From NCBI GenBank assembly GCA_964433225.1, contig CAYSQA010000001.1, positions 55,598 to 119,597 on the forward strand: a stretch of DNA of 64,000 nt. Direction: 5' to 3'. The DNA is from an uncultured Pseudomonadales bacterium. Its GTDB lineage: Bacteria > Patescibacteriota > Microgenomatia > UBA1400 > PJMF01. A program made the translations under genes and the position numbers. Shown piece after piece: positions 46,449-54,978 of this stretch. The stretch's first letter is position 1, and each line of letters begins with the position of its first letter. A model generated the notes under the pieces. It ran no database searches and was not told the DNA's origin. It was given only the letters and a program-made list of their open reading frames with translations.

Positions 46449-47753
46449 TCACTGCTGAAGCATTTGCATAAAATTCAGGGGCATATTATTGCCTGGTACA
46501 CTGCCAGCTGGCAAGGTTTGAGGAGGATAAGTTGGTAACTCCACTTCTTCATTATTGACTGGATAAGTTCCTTGGTTCATTCTAGGCTGGGTTTGTTGTT
46601 GCATCATCATATATTGATACATCAATGGAGCCATTTCAGACTCAATATAGGTCAAGACTTGATCCCACTCAACCACTGGATAAGGAGCTGTTACTTTGGC
46701 TGCAGTACCATAGTCATCAAAAGTAATCGTCATGAACTTGACAGACTCACCTTCCTTAACCCCTTTGTCTGGTTGAAAATAACTTGTTAGTTGAGAAAGC
46801 TGAGCCATTAACGGAGATTTAGCTTGAGATTCTTGCTCTATAACCTCTTGGAAAGACTCACTAGTCCCTTGAGGGGCATATAAATCCATCATTCTGAGGT
46901 AGCCATCCATATCAAGATAAACAACTGCTAAAGTCTCTTTTAACTCTCCCATATCTTCAATGGCTTTCTTAAAGTTATTAATATCAGCAACCTCAGTACT
47001 AAGATCTAAGTTCTTTAACTCATCGATTGCCTCCAGAAGCTTCTTTTTTTCCACTCCAAGTGAAATGATATTGTATTTTTCACCAGCCACCTGAACCTTC
47101 TTTTGGAAATCTTTGATGACTAAAGCAGCTGCTAATTTTTCACCAAATTTTTCATATTCCTGAGCATATTCTTCTGGATCAGTAGCAACTTGGTCGTCTA
47201 CTGGCACCACCATATGCAACCATGATTTTCCGGTCACAACCGGCTTTAATAAAGCATAAGTTTGGGTAGAGCTAATTCCAGGAACCATTAGATCAGCTTG
47301 AGAGAGTACGGCTTCCATCAATGAATAATTCATTTGAAAATAAACATCATCTATATCGGCGATAAAATTTAAGTCAAATTCATGCCAAATTCCTTCTTCC
47401 TCAAGACCAATCTTAAAATCCATTTGTGAAAAATCCTCTTCATGGGCAATCATCATGCCAGAAACAGTTACTCCTTCTGCTTCTGCCTCAAAACCAAGCT
47501 TAATTGAATCTACATCCATTTTTTCAAAAGCTTCTTTAATCATTCTCTCTGGAGACATAAAATAGTTAGCATAAACCCAATAGCCAGCAAAACCCAAGAA
47601 AACTACACCCAAAACTCCACCAAAGATAAGTTTGAGATTTTTAAATTTATTAAATAAAGGATTGCCCTGAGAGACTTCCTGATTTAAGTTATCAGACCCT
47701 GGAGGTGGGGTCATATTCATGGCTGGGGTTTGGCTTTCAAACATTGAAAACAT
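46449..47753 (-). CDS. hypothetical membrane-anchored protein with P/Q/M-rich C-terminus
   Basis: 434 aa. Single N-proximal TM (LIFGGVLGVVFLGFAGYWVY). No recognised domain. Confidence 0.45.
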   Translation of the reverse strand: MFSMFESQTPAMNMTPPPGSDNLNQEVSQGNPLFNKFKNLKLIFGGVLGVVFLGFAGYWVYANYFMSPERMIKEAFEKMDVDSIKLGFEAEAEGVTVSGMMIAHEEDFSQMDFKIGLEEEGIWHEFDLNFIADIDDVYFQMNYSLMEAVLSQADLMVPGISSTQTYALLKPVVTGKSWLHMVVPVDDQVATDPEEYAQEYEKFGEKLAAALVIKDFQKKVQVAGEKYNIISLGVEKKKLLEAIDELKNLDLSTEVADINNFKKAIEDMGELKETLAVVYLDMDGYLRMMDLYAPQGTSESFQEVIEQESQAKSPLMAQLSQLTSYFQPDKGVKEGESVKFMTITFDDYGTAAKVTAPYPVVEWDQVLTYIESEMAPLMYQYMMMQQQTQPRMNQGTYPVNNEEVELPTYPPQTLPAGSVPGNNMPLNFMQMLQQ

Positions 47754-47810
47754 CCATTCTGTATAAACAAAATACTGACAATAAATATAACAGAATCTAG
47801 GAAGTTAGTA

Positions 47811-48512
47811 CTACTCTGGTTTTAGAGCTAGGTACTTTTTCATTTCGGCCAAGTGTTTAATCACTATATGGTTGTTCATGATGCCCTCTAATTCTGGATC
47901 AACCAAAAAAGTTAAAAAGCCAAGCTCTGCTGCAACATCAGCTTCTCGCCAATTATTATCAACATAAACAGTTTCTTGTGGCTTAATGGCTAGTCTTTCA
48001 ACCATTTCTTCATAAGCTGCGCGCTGGGGCTTTCTGGCTTTTTTCATTTTATCTCCAGAAAGAATATTATTCTCTAATTCATAGGCCAACTCTCCAACAA
48101 CTGCTTCTAAGGCCTTAAAAACTCTATCCATGGCTGATGAAGAAAACAAATAAACAGGTACATGCTTCATTAACTCCTGGATAAAATCAGCTAACTGTTG
48201 GTCGAATTGTAAATATTCAGCCAAATTTACATCGTTAATAATGGCATCAAATTCTTCATCTTTTCCCCCATATTTTTTGAAAGTAACTCGCCAGCCATTA
48301 GCTAAAGCTTCATCTACAAAATCTTGTAATCTTCGGCCAAAGACCATGCCATTAACACTGGTTTTGCCTTCTGCTTCAAAGGTCTTTTGCACCAACCTTA
48401 GCCTGGCATCTTTCCAAACTTTTTTCTGAAATTCTTTGTTGGGAACGTAAAAAGTGCCATTAAAATCAAACACTGCCGCCGAAATATTTTTTCCGTCAAT
48501 CTCAATCGACAT
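47811..48512 (-). CDS. HAD-superfamily hydrolase
   Basis: Motif I FDFNGT (DxDx[T] variant with N). Motif III/IV region (K...DNNWREAD). Confidence 0.6.
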   Translation of the reverse strand: MSIEIDGKNISAAVFDFNGTFYVPNKEFQKKVWKDARLRLVQKTFEAEGKTSVNGMVFGRRLQDFVDEALANGWRVTFKKYGGKDEEFDAIINDVNLAEYLQFDQQLADFIQELMKHVPVYLFSSSAMDRVFKALEAVVGELAYELENNILSGDKMKKARKPQRAAYEEMVERLAIKPQETVYVDNNWREADVAAELGFLTFLVDPELEGIMNNHIVIKHLAEMKKYLALKPE

Positions 48513-48565
48513 TCAGAGAAATTATATCGACAAAAAAGGAAATTTCTATATCAAAACAAAAAAAT

Positions 48566-48739
48566 TTAGTTTTCACTAGTAACTTGCTTATCAGCCTCAC
48601 CTTTATAAATTAGATAAGCCGTAATAACTTCTGGTTTTAAAACTTGCAACCAATACCGTTGCCAATCCTTCCCTAGAATCGGTCTCGTTGAGTCAATAGC
48701 TGTAAAAATAGCTGTTCTGTCCGGTTTAGTTTCTGCCAT
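48566..48739 (-). CDS. small hypothetical protein (57 aa), below the 60-aa cutoff of the ORF track
   Basis: ATG preceded by AAGGAGG at -7. Translation MAETKPDRTAIFTAIDSTRPILGKDWQRYWLQVLKPEVITAYLIYKGEADKQVTSEN. Immediately upstream of the HAD hydrolase. Confidence 0.4.
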   Translation of the reverse strand: MAETKPDRTAIFTAIDSTRPILGKDWQRYWLQVLKPEVITAYLIYKGEADKQVTSEN

Positions 48740-48932
48740 AACTAACCTCCTTCAAAAGAATATTATAGCAAGAGAGATAAAACCAAGTTTGTTTTGTACA
48801 GTTTATGGAACAAATCCAGCCACGAGGATTTCACGACTCGCTACGCTCGCTGTATTACCCAGGTCTACTGCGTAGACTTGGCGGTGACCCACGCACTATC
48901 GTGCAGCTTTAAACCTAGTTCGACTCTGGCAA

Positions 48933-48958
48933 TAAAAAAATCCAACTTTAGTTGGATT
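48933..48958 (-). terminator. rho-independent terminator downstream of tRNA-Trp
   Basis: Minus strand AATCCAACTAAAGTTGGATT followed by TTTTTTTAT. Confidence 0.65.
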
Positions 48959-48967
48959 TATTCATTG

Positions 48968-49040
48968 CAGGGCCACGAGGATTTGAACCCCGGCGAAAGG
49001 TTTTGGAGACCTTCATGCTACCAGCTACATCATGGCCCTA
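48968..49040 (-). tRNA. tRNA-Trp (anticodon CCA)
   Basis: Manual fold: acceptor AGGGCCA/TGGCCCT; D-stem ATGT/GCAT; anticodon stem AAGGT/ACCTT with loop CUCCAAA; T-arm CGGGG-TTCAAAT-CCTCG; discriminator G. 3' CCA not encoded. Confidence 0.8.
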
Positions 49041-49137
49041 GCTAATAGAGACTTATTATAACTGAAAATCACTAAGATTAAGGAGAAATTTACTCTCACT
49101 CTTGCCTCAAAACCAAAAAACATCTAGGCTAATATAT

Positions 49138-50526
49138 ATGCCCATGCTGAATAGTTCTCTCAGAAAAACCAAGAAATTAGATAGAAAATATTTAGCCAAA
49201 ACTAAATTTCCTTTCATTACTGTTTCTGGAACTTATCGTGAAGACCTTAAAGGCCTTCACCAACTTAAAGAAAATGATCTTACTAGAGATATTGTCCTCT
49301 CTAGAGCCCATTACTCAATGACCATTGGTGTAGCAGTAGAGGCCTGGAAAAACAAACTAGACCCTCATCAGGCTTGGATTGTTGATCCGACAAATTATGT
49401 GACCAACCAAAACTGGAAAACTATTATTATTACTGAAACAATCGGTAAAATCTTGGCTCGCTTTCCTTTGCTCAAAAAACTTAAAGACTTTGTCGATAAA
49501 TTCGGTCGCCAAAAACTACCTATTTTGGAAAGCATTAGACAACCATTAATCACTTTGACCAAAGATATTAATAAGCCGATTCTGTCTTTCCACATTGCTG
49601 CTGGAAATATTCTTTTAGATAAAGGAAAAACTGTTTTTCAAATGATTACCGACCCTCACGTCAGAGAAGACTACCTGGCTAATTGTGATAAAGAACATGC
49701 TTTCTATGGAGTTTTTGACGAAAAAACTAAACAAGAATTCCTGGAAAAAGCCGAAAAACTAGGTAAACCAGCCGATCCTAAAAGAGTGATTGTCACTGGT
49801 CCTCCAATTGATCCCAGAGTAATTGAGTCCAGAAACCACAAATCTCCCTGGAATAATAAAAAGCCACTTAGAATTTGTCTAACTACTGGTGGTTTAGGTA
49901 CTAATAAGCCAGAAATCAAACAAATCTTGACACAACTTTTACCAGAATTGAAAAAAGATCAACCTAGATTTGAATTGGTAGTTTATGCAGGCACTCAAGC
50001 CGATATCAAAAACATGGTTATTGATCTAGCCAGAAAAGCAGAAGTTAATTATGCAGAAATCAATCCTGTCGATCCGGCTCAGTTTGAGATAGGTAAGAAA
50101 GTCGCTCTAAAACCAGAATTATATAAACATTTTACTCAACCACTGAGAATCCTTTATCATCCGCAAATAATTGATGCTAACGAACTACTCATTGCGTACG
50201 GTTTCCCTTGGGCAGATCTATTTATTAGTAAACCTTCTGGAGATATGGCTTATGATGCTGTGGCTAGTGGAGCTGCGTTGCTAACTTTGGCTGAGTGGGG
50301 TGAATGGGAACACAATATTAAAGTTAAGTTTCAAGGTCATGAAGTAGCACAAGAAGCAAATGTTGAACAGATTGTTAAACAACTGGAAAAAATTACTCAC
50401 GCCACTCCAACAAAATCAGCCTGGATTCAACACGCTCAACATTTGGCTAGAACGATTGAAAAACATGACCAATACTTTATGGTTGGTGCCAAAAATATCT
50501 TAAAAACAACCGCAAAACTAAAATAA
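49138..50526 (+). CDS. GT-B-fold glycosyltransferase-like protein (MurG/MGDG-synthase-like), start uncertain
   Basis: C-terminal ISKPSGDMAYDAVASGAALLTL and RICLTTGGLGTNKP blocks resemble GT28. The ORF opens at TTG 49102; the first ATG at 49138 is used here. Confidence 0.45.
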   Translation: MPMLNSSLRKTKKLDRKYLAKTKFPFITVSGTYREDLKGLHQLKENDLTRDIVLSRAHYSMTIGVAVEAWKNKLDPHQAWIVDPTNYVTNQNWKTIIITETIGKILARFPLLKKLKDFVDKFGRQKLPILESIRQPLITLTKDINKPILSFHIAAGNILLDKGKTVFQMITDPHVREDYLANCDKEHAFYGVFDEKTKQEFLEKAEKLGKPADPKRVIVTGPPIDPRVIESRNHKSPWNNKKPLRICLTTGGLGTNKPEIKQILTQLLPELKKDQPRFELVVYAGTQADIKNMVIDLARKAEVNYAEINPVDPAQFEIGKKVALKPELYKHFTQPLRILYHPQIIDANELLIAYGFPWADLFISKPSGDMAYDAVASGAALLTLAEWGEWEHNIKVKFQGHEVAQEANVEQIVKQLEKITHATPTKSAWIQHAQHLARTIEKHDQYFMVGAKNILKTTAKLK

Positions 50527-50532
50527 AACTAA

Positions 50533-50560
50533 AAACCCCACCATTTGGCGGGGTTTAGAT
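50533..50560. terminator. bidirectional terminator between the convergent GT gene and rpmG
   Basis: AAAACCCCACCATTTGGCGGGGTTT hairpin with T-runs on both strands. Confidence 0.55.
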
Positions 50561-50577
50561 TAACAATTTAACAACTC

Positions 50578-50781
50578 TTATTTGAGTTTTTTCATCATTT
50601 TGTGTTCAGTATGTTTTCTACAGACATTACAGTATTTATTGATAGGAAATGTTCCTTGACCTTCTGATTGCTTCTTTAAAATGTCATTGTTTTTATTGTA
50701 TTCGGTCACATAACCAAAGTGTTTACACACTGTACATTGCAAACCTGCAATTTGTCTTGGTCCTTTTTTCTTTTTTGCCAT
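50578..50781 (-). CDS. rpmG: 50S ribosomal protein L33 (zinc-ribbon form)
   Basis: CTVCKHFGYVT...NKYCNVCRKHTEHK matches the C4-type L33. Confidence 0.8.
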   Translation of the reverse strand: MAKKKKGPRQIAGLQCTVCKHFGYVTEYNKNNDILKKQSEGQGTFPINKYCNVCRKHTEHKMMKKLK

Positions 50782-50829
50782 ATATCTCCTCTGAATTTGC
50801 TAGGCAGGTATTATATCACAACCTAATTC

Positions 50830-50902
50830 TGAGCCAACTGTGGGACTCGAACCCACGACCTACGGTTTACAAAACCGTTGCTCTACCAACTGAGCTAAGT
50901 TG
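50830..50902 (-). tRNA. tRNA-Thr (anticodon TGT)
   Basis: Manual fold: GCCAACT-TA-GCTC-AGTTGGTA-GAGC-A-ACGGT-TTTGTAA-ACCGT-AGGTC-GTGGG-TTCGAGT-CCCAC-AGTTGGC-T. Confidence 0.85.
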
Positions 50903-51037
50903 GCGGTAGAGTCGGCTCTAATGAGAGCCAATCATGTGCCAAGGGAAGGATTCACTGACTCAGGCTCGTTCTATACTTTAAAAATATAGGGCTCGCTTGA
51001 GGCAGTATAAACTTCTCATCCCACCTTTATATTATTT

Positions 51038-51065
51038 TAAAAATCACCAATGGTGATTTTTAAAA
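51038..51065 (-). terminator. hairpin plus T-run immediately downstream of tRNA-Tyr
   Basis: AAAAATCACC-AAT-GGTGATTTTT inverted repeat followed by a T/A-rich run on the minus strand. Confidence 0.45.
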
Positions 51066-51070
51066 CAATG

Positions 51071-51154
51071 TGCCAAGGGAAGGATTCGAACCTACGAAGG
51101 CGAAAGCCAGCAGTTTTACAGACTGCCCTGTTTGACCACTTCAGTACCTTGGCA
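51071..51154 (-). tRNA. tRNA-Tyr (anticodon GTA), type II with long variable arm
   Basis: Acceptor GCCAAGG/CCTTGGC. Anticodon stem GCAGT/ACTGC with loop CUGUAAA. Variable arm ~14 nt. T-loop TTCGAAT. Discriminator A. Confidence 0.8.
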
Positions 51155-51167
51155 TAACTAATTCTTG

Positions 51168-51240
51168 AGCCTTTGTCGGGGTTCGAACCCGAGACCTCAG
51201 TCTTACCAAGACTGCGCTCTGCCACCTGAGCTACAAAGGC
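51168..51240 (-). tRNA. tRNA-Thr (anticodon GGT)
   Basis: GCCTTTG-TA-GCTC-AGGTGGCA-GAGC-G-CAGTC-TTGGTAA-GACTG-AGGTC-TCGGG-TTCGAAC-CCCGA-CAAAGGC-T. Confidence 0.85.
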
Positions 51241-51362
51241 ATTTTAATCTCTATATTGTACCTCAAAAAAAGACCCACAGAGATCTGTATATTATATGAA
51301 TAAATAGGAAACGAACAAGTAATAACTTAAAACTCTCTATAAACAAGTTTTTTGCCTTAACA

Positions 51363-51520
51363 ACCCAGCGCGAGGGGGAGAACAGTTTTCCCCGGTAAAA
51401 CCAAGGTGGGCAGAGTGACTGAAACTCCACGAAGCCCCAATACGCCTCATAAGCCCTTAAACAAGCTGTTGAGAAATTTTTTGGTTCTCTCCCCTCCCGC
51501 AGGATTGTTAAGGTTCTACT
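51363..51520. ncRNA. ~158-nt structured element closed by a ~29-bp imperfect helix (candidate small RNA, e.g. 6S-like; alternatively a MITE-like inverted-repeat element). Strand undetermined.
   Basis: 5' CCTTAACAACCCAGCGCGAGGGGGAGAAC pairs with 3' GTTCTCTCCCCTCCCGCAGGATTGTTAAGG (26 of 29 positions, one bulge). The interior is GC-richer than its surroundings. Lies between galU and the tRNA-Thr/Tyr cluster. No ORF support. Confidence 0.35.
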
Positions 51521-51574
51521 AATAAAGATACTACAAAATAGTGACAACAACAAGTTCAATTCCAGAGGTAGAAA

Positions 51575-51613
51575 CAAAAAAAACCACCCCAACCGATTAT
51601 ATCTTCGGGGTGG
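51575..51613 (-). terminator. rho-independent terminator after galU
   Basis: Minus strand CCACCCCGAAGATATAATCGGTTGGGGTGG followed by TTTTTTTT. Confidence 0.65.
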
Positions 51614-51632
51614 CTAAATTGCTGTATTTATT

Positions 51633-52550
51633 CTAACTTTTATCTGTTAGTTCTTGCAACCATTCTACTACCTTGGGACCATAGTCTTCATAATCAAGCA
51701 CATATTTTAAATGTGCTTTAAAGTAATTTTCTGGGTCACCAGTAGTCATCCATTTGGTTGAGTTTTTAGCTACTAAAACCTTCCCGCCATCCTTGTTCAA
51801 ATGCCCAATTGCATCTGCAGTCCAAAGTTCTCCATCTTTACCAGTATTACCTGCATCTAAATATTTAAAGATTTTAGGAGTGAGTAAATACCGTCCATAT
51901 GAGGCTAAAGTTGTTGGTGCTTCTTCTGCTTTTGGCTTTTCAACAATTCCAACCAATATATTTTCTTGATTTTCTCGATACTCATTATCTTTCAATGAAA
52001 CAGCCGCATACTTACTGATTTGATCTCTTGGTAAATCCTCAACCATAATAACTGCATCAGCACTAGAGTATTTCTCATAAGTATCAACTAGCGTTCTGGC
52101 TGATCCTGGTTTACCAAACACCACATCGTCACTATACAAAGCAAGAAAAGCCTCTTCACCTTCAACAAAAGCTCTGGCTGAAGCAATTGGTGAACCGTTA
52201 CCATAAGGTAAGCTTGGGTCTTGAGTAATTACGATGATTTTAGGAAAATCTAAAACTTCCTGGACAGAGGCATAACGATCTTCTTTTCCCTGAGCTGAAA
52301 GTTGTTTTCTGATGCGATTAACATTGTTGTTGAAGTAATCTTCATAAATTGGCTTACCTTCTGGAGTAGCCACAATAATGATTTCTTCAATCCCAGCCTC
52401 TACACATTCCTCAATTACAATCTGCATGATGGGTCTATTACCCAAAGGAAGCATCGCTTTAGGTACTGTTTTGGTAATGGGCAAATACCTGCTAGCAAAA
52501 CCAGCGTCGGTAATGATTGCTTTACGCACTTTTTTGTTTGCTGAAAGCAT
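51633..52550 (-). CDS. galU: UTP--glucose-1-phosphate uridylyltransferase
   Basis: KAIITDAGFASRYLPITKTVPKAMLPL sugar-nucleotidyltransferase signature of the GalU type. Confidence 0.8.
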   Translation of the reverse strand: MLSANKKVRKAIITDAGFASRYLPITKTVPKAMLPLGNRPIMQIVIEECVEAGIEEIIIVATPEGKPIYEDYFNNNVNRIRKQLSAQGKEDRYASVQEVLDFPKIIVITQDPSLPYGNGSPIASARAFVEGEEAFLALYSDDVVFGKPGSARTLVDTYEKYSSADAVIMVEDLPRDQISKYAAVSLKDNEYRENQENILVGIVEKPKAEEAPTTLASYGRYLLTPKIFKYLDAGNTGKDGELWTADAIGHLNKDGGKVLVAKNSTKWMTTGDPENYFKAHLKYVLDYEDYGPKVVEWLQELTDKS

Positions 52551-52862
52551 TGTTTGTCCTTATTATTTCTTATTACTAATCTTCTCTACCAGAAGAAAAA
52601 CTCTTTCTTAATGAAAGAGGTAGTGACAGTATACTACATCATCAAAAATCTTTCCTTTTTTCTTAAAAAACAAGTAAAATACAAAGCCATATCAATAAAA
52701 AATCCATAGATACTCGAGAGATTTATAGATTCAAATTTATATCCCTAAATGGTTGGCAAAGGTATGGCGACGAATCTCTTAATAACCAGTTATTTCCAAA
52801 ATAAGAAAATATTTAAAATTCCCTCTGAAAAAAAAGCTGTTTTCTGATAGAATGTTCTGTCT

Positions 52863-53045
52863 ATGCAACGACTTCTCCAATACTTCAGAGAGGTAATCCA
52901 AGAAATCAAGAAGGTTTCTTGGCCAACCAAGGAACAAACTTATAACAAGACTTTCTTGGTGGTAGTAGTCTCCCTAGTTGCAGCTTTATATATAGGCGGG
53001 CTAGATTACGTTTTTGCCAGATTAATGGCTATTGTACTAAGGTAA
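52863..53045 (+). CDS. secE: preprotein translocase subunit SecE
   Basis: 60 aa. KVSWPTKEQTYNKTFLVVVVSL... single TM. Precedes nusG. Confidence 0.85.
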   Translation: MQRLLQYFREVIQEIKKVSWPTKEQTYNKTFLVVVVSLVAALYIGGLDYVFARLMAIVLR

Positions 53046-53049
53046 AAAT

Positions 53050-53682
53050 ATGACAGATAACACACAACAACCAGAAGATAAGAATTTGATTCCTCCAGAG
53101 GAACAAGAAGTTAAGGTGGAATCACCCAACTTGGTTCGTATCTCTGAAGAAGAGAACAAAAAAGCTCGTTGGTACGTCGTTCATGCTTATTCTGGTCACG
53201 AAAAAAAAGTGGCTGAGGCATTGAAGCAACGTGCTCAAACTCTACATTTGACCAATAAAATCTTAACCGTCTTGATTCCAAGTCAAGAAAAAATTCAAAT
53301 CAAGCGTGGCCAACGCAAAACCGTCAGAGAAAAAATCTTTCCAGGTTATATGTTGGTCCAAATGGAAATGACCGATGATGCTTGGTTGGCAGTTAGAACT
53401 ACTCAAGGTGTCACAGGCTTTGTAGGGATGAGTAGTAAACCAACGCCACTACCAAGACATGAAGTAGAAGCTATCCAAAAATATATGGACCAAGCAGAGC
53501 CTCAATTCAAAGCAGACTTTGTTGAAGGTGAAGCCGTCAAGATTACCGATGGTCCATTTGCTGAATTTTTGGGTACGGTTGACTCCATTGATGAAGAAAA
53601 AGGCCAAGTTAAGGTCTTGATTAACATCTTCGGTCGTGAAACACCAGTGGAAATGGACTTCTTACAAGTACAGAAAGTCTAG
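53050..53682 (+). CDS. nusG: transcription termination/antitermination factor NusG
   Basis: NGN domain (WYVVHAYSGHEKKV) and C-terminal KOW (GEAVKITDGPFAEFLGTV). Confidence 0.9.
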   Translation: MTDNTQQPEDKNLIPPEEQEVKVESPNLVRISEEENKKARWYVVHAYSGHEKKVAEALKQRAQTLHLTNKILTVLIPSQEKIQIKRGQRKTVREKIFPGYMLVQMEMTDDAWLAVRTTQGVTGFVGMSSKPTPLPRHEVEAIQKYMDQAEPQFKADFVEGEAVKITDGPFAEFLGTVDSIDEEKGQVKVLINIFGRETPVEMDFLQVQKV

Positions 53683-53721
53683 ACTGCTGTGTTAGAATAG
53701 CGAATCTATAATAAGGAAAAT

Positions 53722-54147
53722 ATGGCAAAAAAAGTACAACAAGTTTTAAAGCTCAATCTACAGGGTGGTAGTGCCACTCCTGCTCCTCCAGTCGGTCCAG
53801 CTCTTGGTCAAACTGGGATTAACATGATGGACTTTTTAAAACAATATAATGATGCTACCAAAGATAAGCGTGGTCAGGTTATTCCTGCAGAAATCACTGT
53901 TTATCAAGATAAATCATTTACTTTTGTTTTAAAACTACCTCCAGTTTCTGACATGATTAAGAAAACCCTTAATCTTAAAAAGGGTAGCAGTAACCCAAGC
54001 AGAGAATCTGCTGGCACTTTAACTATGGATCAAGTAAGAGAAATTGCTCAAGAAAAACTTCCAGACCTCAATACCAATAGTATTGATAGTGCTATTAACT
54101 CTGTTAAAGGCGCTGCTAGAAGTATGGGAATTCAGATAAAGGAATAA
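53722..54147 (+). CDS. rplK: 50S ribosomal protein L11
   Basis: LQGGSATPAPPVGPALGQTGINMMDF signature. Confidence 0.9.
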   Translation: MAKKVQQVLKLNLQGGSATPAPPVGPALGQTGINMMDFLKQYNDATKDKRGQVIPAEITVYQDKSFTFVLKLPPVSDMIKKTLNLKKGSSNPSRESAGTLTMDQVREIAQEKLPDLNTNSIDSAINSVKGAARSMGIQIKE

Positions 54148-54151
54148 AACT

Positions 54152-54847
54152 ATGGGTAGCACAAAAAATGTAGACATGTCTAGCCAAGAAACTGAAGTCA
54201 AAGTCGTCGAGGCTCCTGATCAGGCTGACAAAAAAACAACAACAAAAACTAAAACTAGAACTCACAGCAAAAAATACGTAGCTGTTAAATCTAAAGTCGA
54301 TAAAACCAAAAAATATGATCTTTTGGCAGCTATTGAATTAGTCAAACAACTTTCTTACAGTTCTTTTGCTGGCACTATTTCTGCTGAACTAATGGTTAAA
54401 GAGGCCGGCGTTACCGCCGAGGTTACTTTGCCCCACCAAACAGGACAAAGCAAAAAAGTAGTAATCGCTAGTGATGAAGTCTTAAAAGATATTGAAGCAG
54501 GTAATATTAATTTTGATATTTTGATTAGTTCCCCAGATTTTATGCCCAAATTAGCCAAGTTTGCTAGAGTTTTAGGTCCAAAGGGTTTAATGCCAAATCC
54601 CAAAAATGGTACTTTAACTTCCAATCCAGAAAGAGCTATTAAAGAGTTGTCTGCTGGAAAAATGTTAATCAAAACCGAAAGAAAAGCTCCATTAATGCAC
54701 GTTTCTGTTGGTAAAGTCTCAATGGATAGTAAAGACATCAAAGAAAATATTGAAGCTTTAGTAAAACCAATAAAAACTAAACTCGTTAGACTAGCACTCT
54801 CAGCCTCAATGAGTCCGGGTGTTAAAGTTGATTTAGAAACTGTTTAA
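54152..54847 (+). CDS. rplA: 50S ribosomal protein L1
   Basis: 231 aa. KYDLLAAIELVKQ...RVLGPKGLMPNPKNGT L1 pattern. Confidence 0.9.
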   Translation: MGSTKNVDMSSQETEVKVVEAPDQADKKTTTKTKTRTHSKKYVAVKSKVDKTKKYDLLAAIELVKQLSYSSFAGTISAELMVKEAGVTAEVTLPHQTGQSKKVVIASDEVLKDIEAGNINFDILISSPDFMPKLAKFARVLGPKGLMPNPKNGTLTSNPERAIKELSAGKMLIKTERKAPLMHVSVGKVSMDSKDIKENIEALVKPIKTKLVRLALSASMSPGVKVDLETV

Positions 54848-54871
54848 ATTATTTTAATTTAATTGACATTG

Positions 54872-54905
54872 AAAGCCACCGTTTAAAATCGGTGGCTTTT
54901 TTTAT
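54872..54905 (+). terminator. rho-independent terminator after rplA
   Basis: AAAGCCACCG-TTTAAAAT-CGGTGGCTTT followed by TTTTTAT. Confidence 0.7.
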
Positions 54906-54978
54906 AAAAAACCTACTTATGTTGGATCAAATAACACCTTCGACCTAAAAAGAGAAAAAATTAAAGTACAATAGACCA

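Noticed and set aside
48841-48935. Possible SRP (4.5S) RNA because of a CCAGGUC match
   Set aside because: Only a 7-nt resemblance. The conserved GGAA tetraloop / AGCAGC / GGCAG helix-8 features are absent.
48794-49045. 83-aa + strand ORF overlapping tRNA-Trp and its terminator
   Set aside because: It overlaps a confidently folded tRNA on the opposite strand and a structured GC-rich spacer. No RBS. Spurious.
51037-51592. ORFs 51037..51225 (-) and 51263..51592 (-) in the tRNA / structured-element region
   Set aside because: They overlap tRNA-Tyr and tRNA-Thr, or cover the inverted-repeat element and the galU terminator. Low-complexity translation, no RBS.
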